The notes under the pieces are model-generated. The model ran no database searches. It was not told the DNA's origin and was given only the letters and a program-made list of their open reading frames with translations. Positions 50,357 through 61,356 of a DNA stretch of 64,000 bases are shown here, one piece after another (the stretch's first letter is position 1; each line of letters opens with the position of its first letter). The stretch is from assembly GCA_963805945.1 (NCBI GenBank), contig CAWDVP010000002.1, positions 160,001-224,000 on the forward strand, read 5' to 3'. The position numbers and the translations under genes were made by a program. The DNA is from Vulcanimicrobiota bacterium (GTDB lineage: Bacteria; Vulcanimicrobiota; Vulcanimicrobiia; Eremiobacterales; Eremiobacteraceae).

Positions 50357-51188
50357 ACTGGGTTGGTACTGCCGCGGGCACCGGTACTCCCGTGTCCTCA
50401 GCCGCCGGCGGCGGGCTCGGCGAGGCTTCGACCGGCGCAGGAGCGCCGCGCGTGAACGTGCGCAGCACGACCGTCACCAGCGCGGTCGCATCGGTGCTGT
50501 TCTTCGAGGCCTTCTCCGAGATGACGCTGTCGCTGCGGACCGCTTGCCCGACGATGATGCCGTCGCGCTGATCGTAGTAGTACGTCCCCGCCAAGCTGAC
50601 GCTCGCCTCGATGGGCGCGCTGTCGTCCGCATACGCGCCGCCGCCTGTCGTCTGCACCACGAACGTCGGCAGGCCCTGGTAGACCTGCTGGCCGCGCGTC
50701 TGGCGGTTCAACGCGATCGTCATCGGATAGCTGTCCGCCGCGATCGACCAGCGCCAGGTCGGATTCGCCTGCAGATCCCGACCGGCGAGATCGCGCACGC
50801 TTGAATTCGCCAGCGCGATGTTCTGATCGAGCAGCGGGTCGATGCTCGCCGCCGGCTTGATCTCACCGGCGGGCGTGACGGTCACCGCCACGGTCTTGCG
50901 CAAGAAGACCGGCGCGCCGCGCGCGTAACCCAACATGTCCACGCTCAAGTTGCCGTGCGCGGTGCCGTCGGCATCGACCGCGACGACGTCGAGCGTCTCC
51001 GTGCCCATGCCGGTGCTGGTGTCGGTTTGGCCGCCACCGCGCGCAGCCGCCGCGTGCTCTTCCACTTGGACCGTCACGTCATAGGTAAGCCGGTCGCCCG
51101 CCCGCAAGTGCTGGCTGTCGGCGAGCGAGGGAATCGCAAAGGCGGCGATGGCGCAGCAGGCCGTGAGCGCCGCGGCACGATGGCTCAA
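50316..51188 (-). CDS. Hypothetical secreted beta-rich protein with a Pro-rich tail
   Basis: Signal peptide, GDRLTYDV, GTYYYD..DG; architecture resembles the downstream neighbour. Confidence 0.7.
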   Translation of the reverse strand: MSHRAAALTACCAIAAFAIPSLADSQHLRAGDRLTYDVTVQVEEHAAAARGGGQTDTSTGMGTETLDVVAVDADGTAHGNLSVDMLGYARGAPVFLRKTVAVTVTPAGEIKPAASIDPLLDQNIALANSSVRDLAGRDLQANPTWRWSIAADSYPMTIALNRQTRGQQVYQGLPTFVVQTTGGGAYADDSAPIEASVSLAGTYYYDQRDGIIVGQAVRSDSVISEKASKNSTDATALVTVVLRTFTRGAPAPVEASPSPPPAAEDTGVPVPAAVPTQYEASPYPTVTPSL

Positions 51189-51232
51189 GAGTCCCCTCCC
51201 CGATGTGTGTGCGGAGCGAGTATACTACTCTT

Positions 51233-51871
51233 ATGGTCAATCGGACGTTTGCCGCTCGATACTTCGCGGCGGCCTTGTACGGCGCTGTGACTTCGCTCAC
51301 TCTGGCATTGCTGTCATCGGCCTCGCCAGCAGGCGCGGCACAGGCGGATGACGGCTACGCGACCCCGTTCGCGCAGGCGGTTCGCACCGCCACAGCCCCG
51401 TATCGCCTGGCGCTATGGGCGCGCTCCGACAAATACATCCAATCCACCGACTATCTACCCGCGCTGGGCGCGATGTACACGAACCACGATCGCTTCAACC
51501 CGGCGGACCTCGGCCATCCGAGCATGCTCGTCTATGACGAGGCTGGCCGGCTCGTCGCCTGCGGCTATCAATTCACGCCCGGTGCGACGGTGCCGGCCGA
51601 GTTCGCCTCGGTGCCCGCAACCGCGTGGTACGAGATCCCCAAGCACGTGCATTACATCGTCAAGCAGGCGGGCGTGATGCATTACGGTCAGGCGCCGTGG
51701 GAGACGGACGAGAAACCGACCGCAGCGGCGCTGCGCGCGCACGGCTTGCTGCCGCCCGACGCGACATTAGAAGAAGCGTTCATCCATCCGGCGACGCGCG
51801 CCATCCTCGTGTGGGCATGGCTGCCCAACGCCGACGGTCTCTTCGCAGGCGAGAACGCGCTACTGCCTTAG
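51233..51871 (+). CDS. Hypothetical secreted protein
   Basis: Signal peptide; PSMLVYD, HVHY, VWAWLPNADGLF. Confidence 0.7.
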   Translation: MVNRTFAARYFAAALYGAVTSLTLALLSSASPAGAAQADDGYATPFAQAVRTATAPYRLALWARSDKYIQSTDYLPALGAMYTNHDRFNPADLGHPSMLVYDEAGRLVACGYQFTPGATVPAEFASVPATAWYEIPKHVHYIVKQAGVMHYGQAPWETDEKPTAAALRAHGLLPPDATLEEAFIHPATRAILVWAWLPNADGLFAGENALLP

Positions 51872-52983
51872 GTGACTTTTTCGAGGCGCGGATTGGGGCG
51901 GTACGGCCGCCCGACCTTGTGGCACTCCACCATCGCGCCCTTCTTCTCGACGAGCGCTATGTCGGCGGTGAAATCGAAGATGCCGCGGAACAGCGCGGAG
52001 CCGACCGCGTAGGCGTCGACCGGGATCTTGCGCTCTTCGAACTGCGTGATCTTGGCGACGTCGAAACCGCCCGATGCGATGATTTTGACCCAATGGAAGC
52101 CCGCATCGTCCAAGCCGCGGCGCACGTTGAGCACGAGCTCCGGATTGACGCCCGTCGGCCGGAACGTGCCCATCGAATGCCACAGGCTCTTGTCCACCAG
52201 CGTCTCGGACGTGTCGAGGCGCACGCCCCACAGCCGAGTGCCGAGTTTCGCTGCGACCGCTTTCGACGTCTCGACGCAGTCGTTGTCGAAATCCACCAGC
52301 GAGATGACGTTGATCGACGGATCGATGTAGTCGGCGAACTTCTGCGTCGCGAGCACGGTGTCGCCGCCGTATGCTGCGATGAGCCCGTGCGGCACGGTGC
52401 CGACGCCTTTGCTGCCCCACCATTCCGCCTGCGCGTCGGTGCTCACGCCGAGCGCGCCGCTCACGTATGCGGCGTAGCCGTCGCCGGTCTGCACGAGATG
52501 GTGATCGAAACGCGCTGGGAAGAACAGCACGTTCTTGCCGTTGGCCGCGGCGACGACCGCGCTCGTGTTGGTCGCGACCTTGGTGCGCCGCGTCAGCACG
52601 CCGAGATAGTCGGTCTCGAGATGCGCGAAGAGCGAATAATCGCCGCTGATGGTGAGCGCCACTTCGTACGGCGAGATCCGGTCGCCGTCGTAGAGCGCGC
52701 GCACGTCGAGCTGCGACCAGCCGTCCTCCCACGAGCCGTCGGCCCGGCGCCGGCCGCTGCACAGCTTGAGGATCGCGATCGCCTCGTCGATGCCGCACAG
52801 CACGGCGTCCTGCTTGCCGAACACCTGCATGAGCACGCGCGGGTGGTGGTGGTCGCTCTCGAGGATCTGCACGACGCGATTGAAGTAGGTGTCCGAATAG
52901 TAGCCGTCGCGCATCTTATCGACGGGCAGATGCAGGATCGCCGGGTCGAGCCGCTTGCCTTTCGGCGGTGCTTGCGTTGCCAT
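51868..52983 (-). CDS. Nicotinate phosphoribosyltransferase-family protein
   Basis: YYSDTYF, FFPARFDH, GTVPH, GVRLDTS, IIASGGF, AVGS, DFTADI. Confidence 0.85.
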   Translation of the reverse strand: MATQAPPKGKRLDPAILHLPVDKMRDGYYSDTYFNRVVQILESDHHHPRVLMQVFGKQDAVLCGIDEAIAILKLCSGRRRADGSWEDGWSQLDVRALYDGDRISPYEVALTISGDYSLFAHLETDYLGVLTRRTKVATNTSAVVAAANGKNVLFFPARFDHHLVQTGDGYAAYVSGALGVSTDAQAEWWGSKGVGTVPHGLIAAYGGDTVLATQKFADYIDPSINVISLVDFDNDCVETSKAVAAKLGTRLWGVRLDTSETLVDKSLWHSMGTFRPTGVNPELVLNVRRGLDDAGFHWVKIIASGGFDVAKITQFEERKIPVDAYAVGSALFRGIFDFTADIALVEKKGAMVECHKVGRPYRPNPRLEKVT

Positions 52984-53062
52984 AGTGCGGCCGCCTCATT
53001 TCGGGCGGGGCGACGGCTTCGCCTCCGGCGAATGCTTGCGCGGCATCTGACCCCCGCGTGAA

Positions 53063-53089
53063 TGTAGGGGCCGACCTTTAGGTCGGCCC
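53063..53089 (+). repeat. REP-like palindrome, family B
   Basis: TGTAGGGGCCGACCTTTAGGTCGGCCC. Confidence 0.85.
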
Positions 53090-53107
53090 GTCTAGGGAGA
53101 CCATTGC

Positions 53108-54851
53108 TTGACCAACTCGGACATCGCGGCTCGCCTCAACGAGATCGCCGCGCTCATGGAGTTCGACGACGAACCCTTCTTCAAGACGAAGGCGTACGAA
53201 CGTGCGGCGCGCAGCCTCGAGGATAGCGAGACGACCGCTGCGGCGATGATCGCCGCAGGCACACTCGAGGAACTGCCCGGCGTCGGCAAGGCCATCGCGC
53301 AGAAGATCGTCGACATCGAGCAGACCGGCACGTGCAAGTATCTCGAGGAGCTGCGCGCCAAGTTCCCGCCGACCGTGCTCGAGCTGCGTAGCGTGCCCGG
53401 CGTCGGCACGAAGACCGCGATCTCGATGTATCGCGAACTGGGCATCACCGGGCTGGCCGATCTGCGCCGCGCGGTCGAGGACGGCTCGATCGCGACGCTG
53501 CCGCGCCTCGGCGCCAAGGGCGTCGAGAATCTCAAGAGCGCGCTTGCCCGTCTGGTGGAGCGTTCGCATCGCATGCGCCTCGGCGACGCGTGGGAGATCA
53601 GCCACGGCATCGTCGCCGCGCTCGCCGATCCCGCCGCGCACGCCAAGAACGTCGTCGCCGCGGGCAGCCTGCGCCGCATGGAGCCCACGGTCGGCGACAT
53701 CGACATCATCTGCACGAGCGCGTCGCCCGAGAAGGCGCTCGACTTCTTCTGCGCGCTGGCCGGCGTCGAGAGCATCACCGCCAAGGGCGACACCAAGGCG
53801 ACGGTGTGGCTGCGCGCAGGGCATCTCCGCGGATCTGCGCGTCGTGCCGCATCGCTGCCTCGGCAACCTGCTGCAGCATTTCACCGGCAATAAGGACCAC
53901 AACGTCAAGCTGCGCGAGTTCGCCATCCGCAAAGGGCTCAAGGTGAGCGAGTGGGGCATCGAGACGGTGGAGACGGGCGTGGTGCGCACCACGACCACCG
54001 AAGAGGGCGTCTACAAGACGCTCGGCGCTCGATTACATCCCGCCGGAATTGCGCCAGGGCCTCGATGAGATCGATCTGGCGCGACGGCACGAACTGCCCG
54101 TGCTCGATCGAGATCGAAGACATCCGCGGCGACCTGCACGACCACACCACCTGGAGCGACGGCACGCGCAGCATCGAGCAGATGGCGCGCGCCGCGGCGG
54201 AGCGCGGGCTCACCTATCTCTCGATCTCGGACCACTCGCGCGGGCGCTCGGTCGGCAACGGGCTGTCGGTCGAGCGGCTGCGCGAGCAGATCGCCGAGGT
54301 GCGCTCGGTCGCGACGAAGTACGGCATCCGCCTGCTGTGCTCGTCGGAGGTGGACATCCGCGCCGACGGCTCGCTCGATTTCCCCGACGACGTGCTCGCC
54401 GACCTCGACATCGTCGTCGCCTCGATCCACTCGGGCTTCGCCGGCGATCGCGCCAAGCAGACGCAGCGCCTGCTGCGCGCGATCGAGAATCCATACGTGA
54501 ACATCATCGGGCATCCGACCGGCGCGCTCATCGAAGAGCGCGCGGGCTACGAGTTCGACGCGGAAGCGGTGTTCCGTGCCGCGGCCGCGAGCGGCACGGC
54601 GATGGAGATCAACGCGAACCCGGCGCGGCTGGACCTCTCAGCTACTGCGGCGGCGCGCGCCAAAGCGCTCGGGTGCACGCTCTCCATCGACACCGACGCG
54701 CACTCGTTTGAGGATCTCGACAACTTGCGTTTCGGGGTCGGCACCGCGCGGCGCGCCGGGCTGCGCGCGAGCGACGTGCTCAACGCGCGGCCGCTCGAAG
54801 GCGTGCTCGAGTTCGTGGCCGCCAAGCGCGCCACGAAGAGCGCGCGCCTAG
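53108..54851 (+). CDS. polX: DNA polymerase X / PHP exonuclease (at least 3 +1 insertions; 3' end uncertain)
   Basis: HhH LPGVGKAIA, AGSLRR..TVGDIDI / DLRVV, HFTGNKDHN / YIPPELR / DLHDHTTWSDG, GHPTG, EINANPARLDL, TDAH. Confidence 0.88.
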
Positions 54852-55664
54852 CCCGCGTTCCTGATCGGACGAAGCCGCTCGAGCAATTCCGGCGGCGCTT
54901 CGAAGTTCGGATTGACGTAGGGTCCTTGGAACCAGCCGTGCCAATCGCTGCCGCACGAGTAGAGTTTGCCGCGGCGCAGCGCGAGGCCGCACAGCTCCGA
55001 GCGCCGATCGGGCTCGTAGCGCAGATACATCGCTTCCAAGCCATCGAGCTCCTCGAGCCAGCGCTGCGCGACGCCTTCGTCCACGAGTTCGGCCGGGTGC
55101 GCGAGGAAGGCGAGCCCGCCCGCGGCGCGCACGATCGCGGCCGCTTGGACGGGCGACGGCAGCGGCGCGTACGCCTCGGGCGGCAACGTCGCGAAGAACG
55201 CGCGGAACGCGGCGTGCACGCGCTGCGGATCGGCGTCAGCATAGCCGCGCTGGCACAGTCGCTCGACGAGCACGGGCAGCCGCACGGGATGATCGGCGAA
55301 ATCGCGCTGCCCAGTCGATGTCCACCCGTTGCGCGTGCAACGCCTCGACCCAGCGCCGCTGATTCGCATCCCAGACGTCGCGCGCGGTCCGGTTCGCGAA
55401 CGCGAGGTCTTCGTCGGCCCCGTCGACGTTGAGCCCGAGCACGTGGACGACGCGGCCGGCGTCGTAGGTCGTCATCTCGATGCCGCCGATGAAGCGGACG
55501 CCGCGCTCTCCCGCTCGCCGGCGCGCTTCCTCGTGCCCCGCGACGGTGTCGTGATCGGTGAGCGCGGCGAAGGCGACACCCGCGTCCGCGACCAGATCGA
55601 TGAGCGCGCTCGGGCTGCGTTCGCCGTCGCTGTGGTGGCTGTGGAGATGAAGGTCGCATAACAT
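54848..55664 (-). CDS. PHP-domain phosphoesterase (YciV/TrpH-like; indel ~55322)
   Basis: DLHLHSHHSDG, ALTDHDT, GIEMT, HVLG / LAHP, GSDWHG. Confidence 0.85.
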
Positions 55665-55713
55665 AAGGCGGCGGGGATGCTTCGCGCCGGCGCGAGGCGA
55701 ATCTTCCGCCACT

Positions 55714-56829
55714 ATGAGCACATTTGTGAAGGCGGCCGTGTCGTCCGATGCGCGGACCTTGCCGCGGCAGTTCTACACCTCGCCGGAGATCTTCGCGCTC
55801 GAGCGCGAGCGCATCTTCGCCGACAACTGGATCTGCGTCGGGCGCGAGGAGCAGCTCGCCGCTCCCGGCAGCTTCTTCCTCGCCGATGTCGCGGGCGAGA
55901 GCCTCATCATCGTGCGCGATGCCGCCGGCGCGGTGCACGCGCACTTCAACGTCTGCCGCCATCGCGGCACGCGCATGTGCGAGACGCCCGCCGGACAGTT
56001 CAAGAGCTCGATCATGTGCCCGTACCACGCATGGACGTACGGCCTCGACGGGCAGCTCACCGCGGCGCGCAACATGCGCGAAGTGCCGGATTTCCAAGAG
56101 TCCGACTATCCCCTCAAGAGCGCGGCCGTCGCGCTGTGGCAAGGCTTCATCTTCATCGATCTCGCGCAAAACCCGAAACTGTTCGCCAAGGCGATGCCTT
56201 CTTTGGATAGCCGGTTCGACAAGTGGCGCATCGGCGCGCTGCGCGAGGCGCAGCATATCGACTACCTGCTCGCTTGCAACTGGAAGCTCGCGTTCCAGAA
56301 CTACTCCGAGTGCTATCATTGCCCGCTCGTCCACCCACAGCTCGACCGCGTGTCGCCATGGGATAGCGGCCGCAACGATCTCAACGAAGGCACCGTGCTC
56401 GGCGGCTTCATGTCGCTGCGTCATCCGGGCGGCAGCATGACGCTCTCTGGCGCGACCACGCGCAAACCGCTGCCCGGCCTGCCCGCGACGGAGCACGACC
56501 ACGTCTACTACTACACGGTGTTCCCGTCGATGCTGCTGAGCCTGCATCCGGATTACGTGATGGTGCACTACATGACGCCGCTCGGCGTCGATCGCACCGC
56601 GGTGCGCTGCGCGTGGCTCTTCGACCAAGATGAGATGAAGCGCCCCGGCTTCGATCCGAGCGACGCGGTCGAGTTCTGGGATATCACCAACCGCCAGGAC
56701 TGGCACGTGTGCGAACTCTCGCAATTGGGCGTCAGCTCGCGCGCGTACACGCCCGGTCCGTACGCGCAGGCCGAAGGCGTGCTGCACGCGTTTGACCGGT
56801 ACTATCTCGGACAGATCGGGCCGGTTTGA
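55714..56829 (+). CDS. Rieske non-heme iron oxygenase alpha subunit (GbcA/choline-monooxygenase-like)
   Basis: NVCRHRG, CPYHAWTY, NWK..QNYSECYHC..VHP, QDW..CE..QLG. Confidence 0.92.
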   Translation: MSTFVKAAVSSDARTLPRQFYTSPEIFALERERIFADNWICVGREEQLAAPGSFFLADVAGESLIIVRDAAGAVHAHFNVCRHRGTRMCETPAGQFKSSIMCPYHAWTYGLDGQLTAARNMREVPDFQESDYPLKSAAVALWQGFIFIDLAQNPKLFAKAMPSLDSRFDKWRIGALREAQHIDYLLACNWKLAFQNYSECYHCPLVHPQLDRVSPWDSGRNDLNEGTVLGGFMSLRHPGGSMTLSGATTRKPLPGLPATEHDHVYYYTVFPSMLLSLHPDYVMVHYMTPLGVDRTAVRCAWLFDQDEMKRPGFDPSDAVEFWDITNRQDWHVCELSQLGVSSRAYTPGPYAQAEGVLHAFDRYYLGQIGPV

Positions 56830-57302
56830 TGATGCCGCTGCTCGGCGTGCTGCTGCTGCTCGCGGCGGGTGCGCCGGCCGACTTCAGCTCCATGCAGTTC
56901 GAGGTCGGCACGTGGAACTGCACCGGCAAGACGGTCAATGGCGATGCGTTCGGCGCGGCCAAGATCGTCGAGATGTCCGCGGATGGCAACCATATGCTCA
57001 TCCGCGCCGCCGACAAGAAAGCCGGCGGCACGATCGACATGTCATACGACGCGACGCGCGGCGTGTGGGTAGAGAAGGCATCAGGCGCTAACGACTCGCA
57101 CTCCGAGGGCACCTCACCAGGCTGGGTCGCCGACAAACTTGTGTTCGTCGGGCAGACCATCTACCCGAGCCTCGCGCCGATCGACTACCGCATCACGACG
57201 ATCAAGTTGAGCGACACCGCCACCACGGAGATCGAAGAGCTCAAGAAGAGCGCGGGCGGGTGGCTCGAGGTAGCGCGCGCGCATTGCGACAAGGCTCCCT
57301 GA
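56826..57302 (+). CDS. Hypothetical secreted protein
   Basis: Signal peptide; VGTWNC motif suggestive of a small beta-barrel; C-terminal Cys. Confidence 0.65.
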   Translation: MMMPLLGVLLLLAAGAPADFSSMQFEVGTWNCTGKTVNGDAFGAAKIVEMSADGNHMLIRAADKKAGGTIDMSYDATRGVWVEKASGANDSHSEGTSPGWVADKLVFVGQTIYPSLAPIDYRITTIKLSDTATTEIEELKKSAGGWLEVARAHCDKAP

Positions 57303-57313
57303 CGCGCGGCTCA

Positions 57314-57338
57314 TGGAGCGGTCGAATTTATTCGACCG
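57314..57338 (+). repeat. REP-like palindrome, family A (opposite orientation)
   Basis: TGGAGCGGTCGAATTTATTCGACCG. Confidence 0.85.
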
Positions 57339-57386
57339 CCGGCGATCTCCGCGCGCACTTGACTCGACGCAACGGCATCTCTTAAG

Positions 57387-58121
57387 ATGGTGGATATGAT
57401 GAGACGTATGGCCACCACATTTGTGTTAGTCTTGGCATGCGCATCATGCACATCGGCACCGCGCTTTCAAGCGCCGGGTCCGGCAGTGACCACAACCCTC
57501 GCCATCCCGGTTCCAGCTGCGGCGGTCAACGGTGCGATGGACTCGCTCCGACGATTGGCGGCAGAAAACCGGGCTAAGTATCCCGACATTCGAACGAACA
57601 TCTCCGTCTATCCCGAGTTCGGTCCCCAAGGCTCAACGGTTGTTGCCGGGCCCGATCGGTACGCGGCGGCGCTGGATGACGCGCACAAGAAGGCGGAGGG
57701 GATCACTCGCAGGCTCGGTGTCTCATTGGGGCCCGTCCAATCAGTCGAAGAGATTCTGTATGGAGCGGCGCCACGGTACTCGCCGCTTAAGGGTGCCGCG
57801 CCGGCTCCCGCGTATCCAAGCGTGAACGTGGCCGCGAATCAGCCGGTCATCCTCTACGTCGTCTACAACCTGGCTAGCTCCCCCGCCGCAACGGGAGTGC
57901 CCCATCTGATCGCCGTGTACGGGATGACCCCGCTCGGCAGCGAGGCGCGACAGAGTCAAGTGCAAGTGATCAACGTGAACCTGAACGCCGGCGGAAGGAC
58001 ACTCGATGAAGCGAGTAAGGCGGAGCAGGCATATGAAGATTTGATCAGGGAGAGGATGCGGCCGATGTTGGCACCGGGCTCTGATATCACGACGACGAAC
58101 GTCTCGTCGTTCGGGGGGTAA
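57387..58121 (+). CDS. Hypothetical lipoprotein with a partial SIMPL-like segment
   Basis: Lipobox-like ASC; AALDDAHKKAEGITRRLGVSLGPVQSVEE; lower GC. Confidence 0.6.
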   Translation: MVDMMRRMATTFVLVLACASCTSAPRFQAPGPAVTTTLAIPVPAAAVNGAMDSLRRLAAENRAKYPDIRTNISVYPEFGPQGSTVVAGPDRYAAALDDAHKKAEGITRRLGVSLGPVQSVEEILYGAAPRYSPLKGAAPAPAYPSVNVAANQPVILYVVYNLASSPAATGVPHLIAVYGMTPLGSEARQSQVQVINVNLNAGGRTLDEASKAEQAYEDLIRERMRPMLAPGSDITTTNVSSFGG

Positions 58122-58127
58122 GCGAGC

Positions 58128-59598
58128 GTGCGGCGCGTTCTCGTCGCCGCGCTTGCTGCAGCCGCCTTCTCCGCGCCGGTCGCCGTACCGGCCGCAACGC
58201 TTCAAGCCACGGTTGATTCGATCGCCGCGCAGGCACCGATGAGCCACGCGAATCTCGGCGTCTTCGCGATCGAGGCTTCCTCTGGCAAGGTGCTCGCATC
58301 GCACAGCGCGGATCGCGACTTCATCCCAGCGTCGACGTTCAAAGTTCTGCTGTCCGCCACCGCGTTGCATGTCTTAGGCCCGCAGTTCCGGTTCAAGACG
58401 ATGCTGTTCGCGCGCGGCACGATCGACGGTAGCGTGCTCGACGGCGACCTCATCCTCGTCGGCGGCGGCGATCCAGTGCTGACGACGCAAGATCTTAGCG
58501 CGGCCGCGGCTGCGGTGACGAGCGCCGGCATCCGCGAGGTGCGCGGTTCGCTGCTCGCCGACGCGTCGCTGTTCGACCAGCGCCGTTGGGGGCCGGATTG
58601 GGCGTGGGATGGCACGCCGTTCTACTACGAGGCACCGATCCAAGCGCTCGCCGCTGACGAAGGCACCATCGGCGTCATCATTAGACCCGGCGCGCGCACG
58701 GGTGACCTTGTCGGCGCAAGTCTGCTCCCGCCGAGCGCGGACTACACGATCGCGTCGCGAGCCGTCATGGGCACCGGGCCGTACGAGGACCCCGCGCGTT
58801 GTTCGCGCCGCATCGGCACCACGCAGATCCTCATCGTCGGGCGCATGCCCGTGGGCGCGTCACAAGAGACGCTGCATTGCGCGGTCGAGGACACGGCGGA
58901 GCACGCGGTCGGGATCCTGCGCAGCGAGCTCGGCAGCGCCGGCGTCCGCGTCGGCACAAAGCCCGCCGGCCCGCTGCCGCCGAACACGCCGCTCGATGTC
59001 ATCGACGACAGCCCGTTGCCGAAGGCGCCTTCTTCTTATGGCCGGCCGCTGTGGGTCCATGAATCGCCGCCGCTCATCGACCAGCTGCGCACGATGCTGC
59101 CGAAGAGCGACAACTTCATCGCTGAGCACCTGCTCAAGATGCTCGCGGTGAAACACTTCGAGCAGCGCGGCAATTTCATCGGTGGCGCCACCGTCGAGCA
59201 GCGCTTCGCGGTGCAGCAGCTCGGCATCGATACGGATTCGCTCGACGTCGAGGATGGCTCCGGGCTTTCAGCTGCCGACCGCATCACGCCGCACGATCTC
59301 GTCACGATTTTGCGCTGGACGGCAGCCGCAGCCGTTCGGCAGCGATTTCATCAATGCGCTGCCGCGCGCCGGCATGGAGGGGACGCTTGCGAACCGGCTC
59401 ACCGGCACCGATGCGGTGGGCCGCGTGCACGCCAAGTCCGGCTACATGCAGCATAGCATCGCGCTCGCGGGCTACGCCGACACGCTGCATCACGGCCGGG
59501 TGATCTTCGCGGTCATGGTCAACGACGCGACCGGACCCGACGGACCGTTCTTCGATCTCGAAGACGAGATCGTCGCGCGGCTGGTGGACCTGCCCTAG
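58128..59598 (+). CDS. dacB: D-Ala-D-Ala carboxypeptidase/endopeptidase PBP4 (indel ~59325)
   Basis: PASTFK (SxxK), GGGDP, KSDNFIAE (SxN), DGSGLS / AKSG. Confidence 0.9.
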
Positions 59599-60334
59599 CT
59601 CCCGAACCGCCTCTGGCGTTGCTGGAACTCCGCGATCGCCGCGATGAACTCATCGCGCGAGAACTCGGGCCAGCAGACGTCGGTGACGTAGAGCTCGGTG
59701 TACGCGCACTGGTAGAGCAAGAAGTTCGAGAGCCGGTGCTCGCCGCCGGGCCTGATGAGCAGATCCGGATCGGGCAGCCCCTTGGTGTAGAGATACTGGC
59801 CGATGGTGTCTTCATCGATCGATTCGAGGTCCGAACGCCCGTCCGCACATCCTCCGCGATGGCCGCGACGGCATCGCGCAATTCGGTGCGCGCGCTGTAG
59901 TTGACGGCGAGATTGAGGACGGTGCCGGTGTTGCCGGCGGTCTTCGCGACCAGATGCTCGAGCGCGCGGCGGGGCTTCTCGGGCAGCACTTCGTATTTGC
60001 CGATGACGCGCACGCGCACGTTGTCGCGGTTCAGCCCGTCGAGCTCCTGATATGCGAACGCGCTGCACAGCTCGAACAGGATCGAGATCTCCGCCCACGG
60101 GCGCGACCAGTTCTCTTCGGAAAAGCCGTACACTGTGAGCAGCGGGATCTTCAGGTCGCGCGCCATACGCACCGCTTCACGCAGGCTGGCGATGCCGCGG
60201 CGGTAGCCTTCCGCCACCGGCAGGTTGTGCTCGCGCGCCCAACGGCGGTTGCCGTCCATGATGATGGCGACGTGCGTCGGGATCGGCGCCGGTTCGAGCG
60301 CGATGAGGCGCGGCGTTGCTTTGCTCGAGATCAT
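59595..60334 (-). CDS. uppS: Cis-prenyltransferase / undecaprenyl diphosphate synthase (indel ~59833)
   Basis: HVAIIMDGNRRWA, YGFSEENWSRP, AVNYSAR / PDPDLLIRPGGEHRLSNFLLYQCAY, RQRRFG. Confidence 0.9.
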
Positions 60335-60732
60335 GTGGTCGCCAGCCTTGCCGAGCGGCGCGCGTCCGCGTTGGACTTCTGGTGGACATCGCGTACGACC
60401 GATTCGAGCTCGTCGATGTAGGAGAGGAAGCGCGTGCGGCCGGTGTGCGTGATGCGGCAGATGGTCGTCGGCCGGCCGTGGCCCGTCTCCTTGGTGATGG
60501 TGACGACGTCCATCTCGGCAAGCGCGGCGAGATGCCGGCTGAGGTTGCCGTCGGTCAAGCCGCACGCGTCTTGCAGATCCGTGAAGCTCAAGCCCTCGGG
60601 ATGCGCGACGAGGCAGGTGCAGACCGCCAGCCTGCCGCGCTCGTGGAAGATGCGTTGCAGGCCGTTATAGGCGTACGGCGCTTCGGTGCCGTTGAGGCGC
60701 GGCGCTTTCTTGGCCGCTTTGCGAGTGTTCAT
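60331..60732 (-). CDS. Winged-helix transcriptional regulator (HTH_34/MarR-like)
   Basis: IFHERGRL, SFTDL...LTDGNLSRHL..L, RPTT.CRIT..GR..F..Y..EL. Confidence 0.88.
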   Translation of the reverse strand: MNTRKAAKKAPRLNGTEAPYAYNGLQRIFHERGRLAVCTCLVAHPEGLSFTDLQDACGLTDGNLSRHLAALAEMDVVTITKETGHGRPTTICRITHTGRTRFLSYIDELESVVRDVHQKSNADARRSARLATT

Positions 60733-61349
60733 GATATCTCCGATGGCGTGAGGGTTTCGCCGGCGATGAGCCAGCCGATCCAGAATTGTCCGAGCGCGAA
60801 GCCGGATGCCATGACCCACCACGCGAGCGCGGGCCATTGGTTCGGCAAGAGCAGCAGCAAGGCGCCCACCAGACCGAACATGGCGGCGACGTACATGACG
60901 CCCTTCGGTATGAGCGTGCGCGATGCGAACAGACCGAGACCGTAGCAGGCGTACCAGATACCGGGCAGCATGGCTGGGATGTGCTGGAGGTAGACCGCCA
61001 GACTGAGGACGGCGCCCAGGCCGATCGCGGGCAGGATGCTCAGGCTGACGGTGCGCGATTGATAGCGCGCGTGCCGGCCTTGGTGGCGTGCGAACCAGAT
61101 GAGCAGGTTGCCGTAGTAGACCGCCAGCGCGGCGGCCAGGCACGATAACCAGATGGCGAGATAGGAATGGACATCGGCGTCCGTGCGCGGGTGGGGCACG
61201 ATAACCAGCTGCGCCAGGCCGCCGACCAGGGCGATGCCACCGCTGATGACGGCGACCCCGCTCGAGTAGCCGCGGAAGCGCTGGACGCTGGCCAGCCGGT
61301 CGCGGACCTCGCCGAGATCAGCGAGCGCCCGTTCGACTTCGACGTTCAT
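60729..61349 (-). CDS. Hypothetical multi-pass membrane protein
   Basis: About 6 TM segments; ALADLGEVR, LPGIW...YGLG.FAS, FALGQ; coupled to the wHTH gene. Confidence 0.8.
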   Translation of the reverse strand: MNVEVERALADLGEVRDRLASVQRFRGYSSGVAVISGGIALVGGLAQLVIVPHPRTDADVHSYLAIWLSCLAAALAVYYGNLLIWFARHQGRHARYQSRTVSLSILPAIGLGAVLSLAVYLQHIPAMLPGIWYACYGLGLFASRTLIPKGVMYVAAMFGLVGALLLLLPNQWPALAWWVMASGFALGQFWIGWLIAGETLTPSEIS

Positions 61350-61356
61350 GTCCTAT

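Noticed and set aside
53800..54120. Programmed frameshifting in polX (also livG and uppS)
   Set aside because: There are no slippery heptamers, several breaks per gene, and the same pattern in many unrelated genes, so sequencing error is more parsimonious.
45137..55664. PolB + PolX + PHP + NAPRTase as a single mobile or defence system
   Set aside because: The genes have mixed orientations, are interspersed with unrelated genes, use host-like codons and show no mobility hallmarks.
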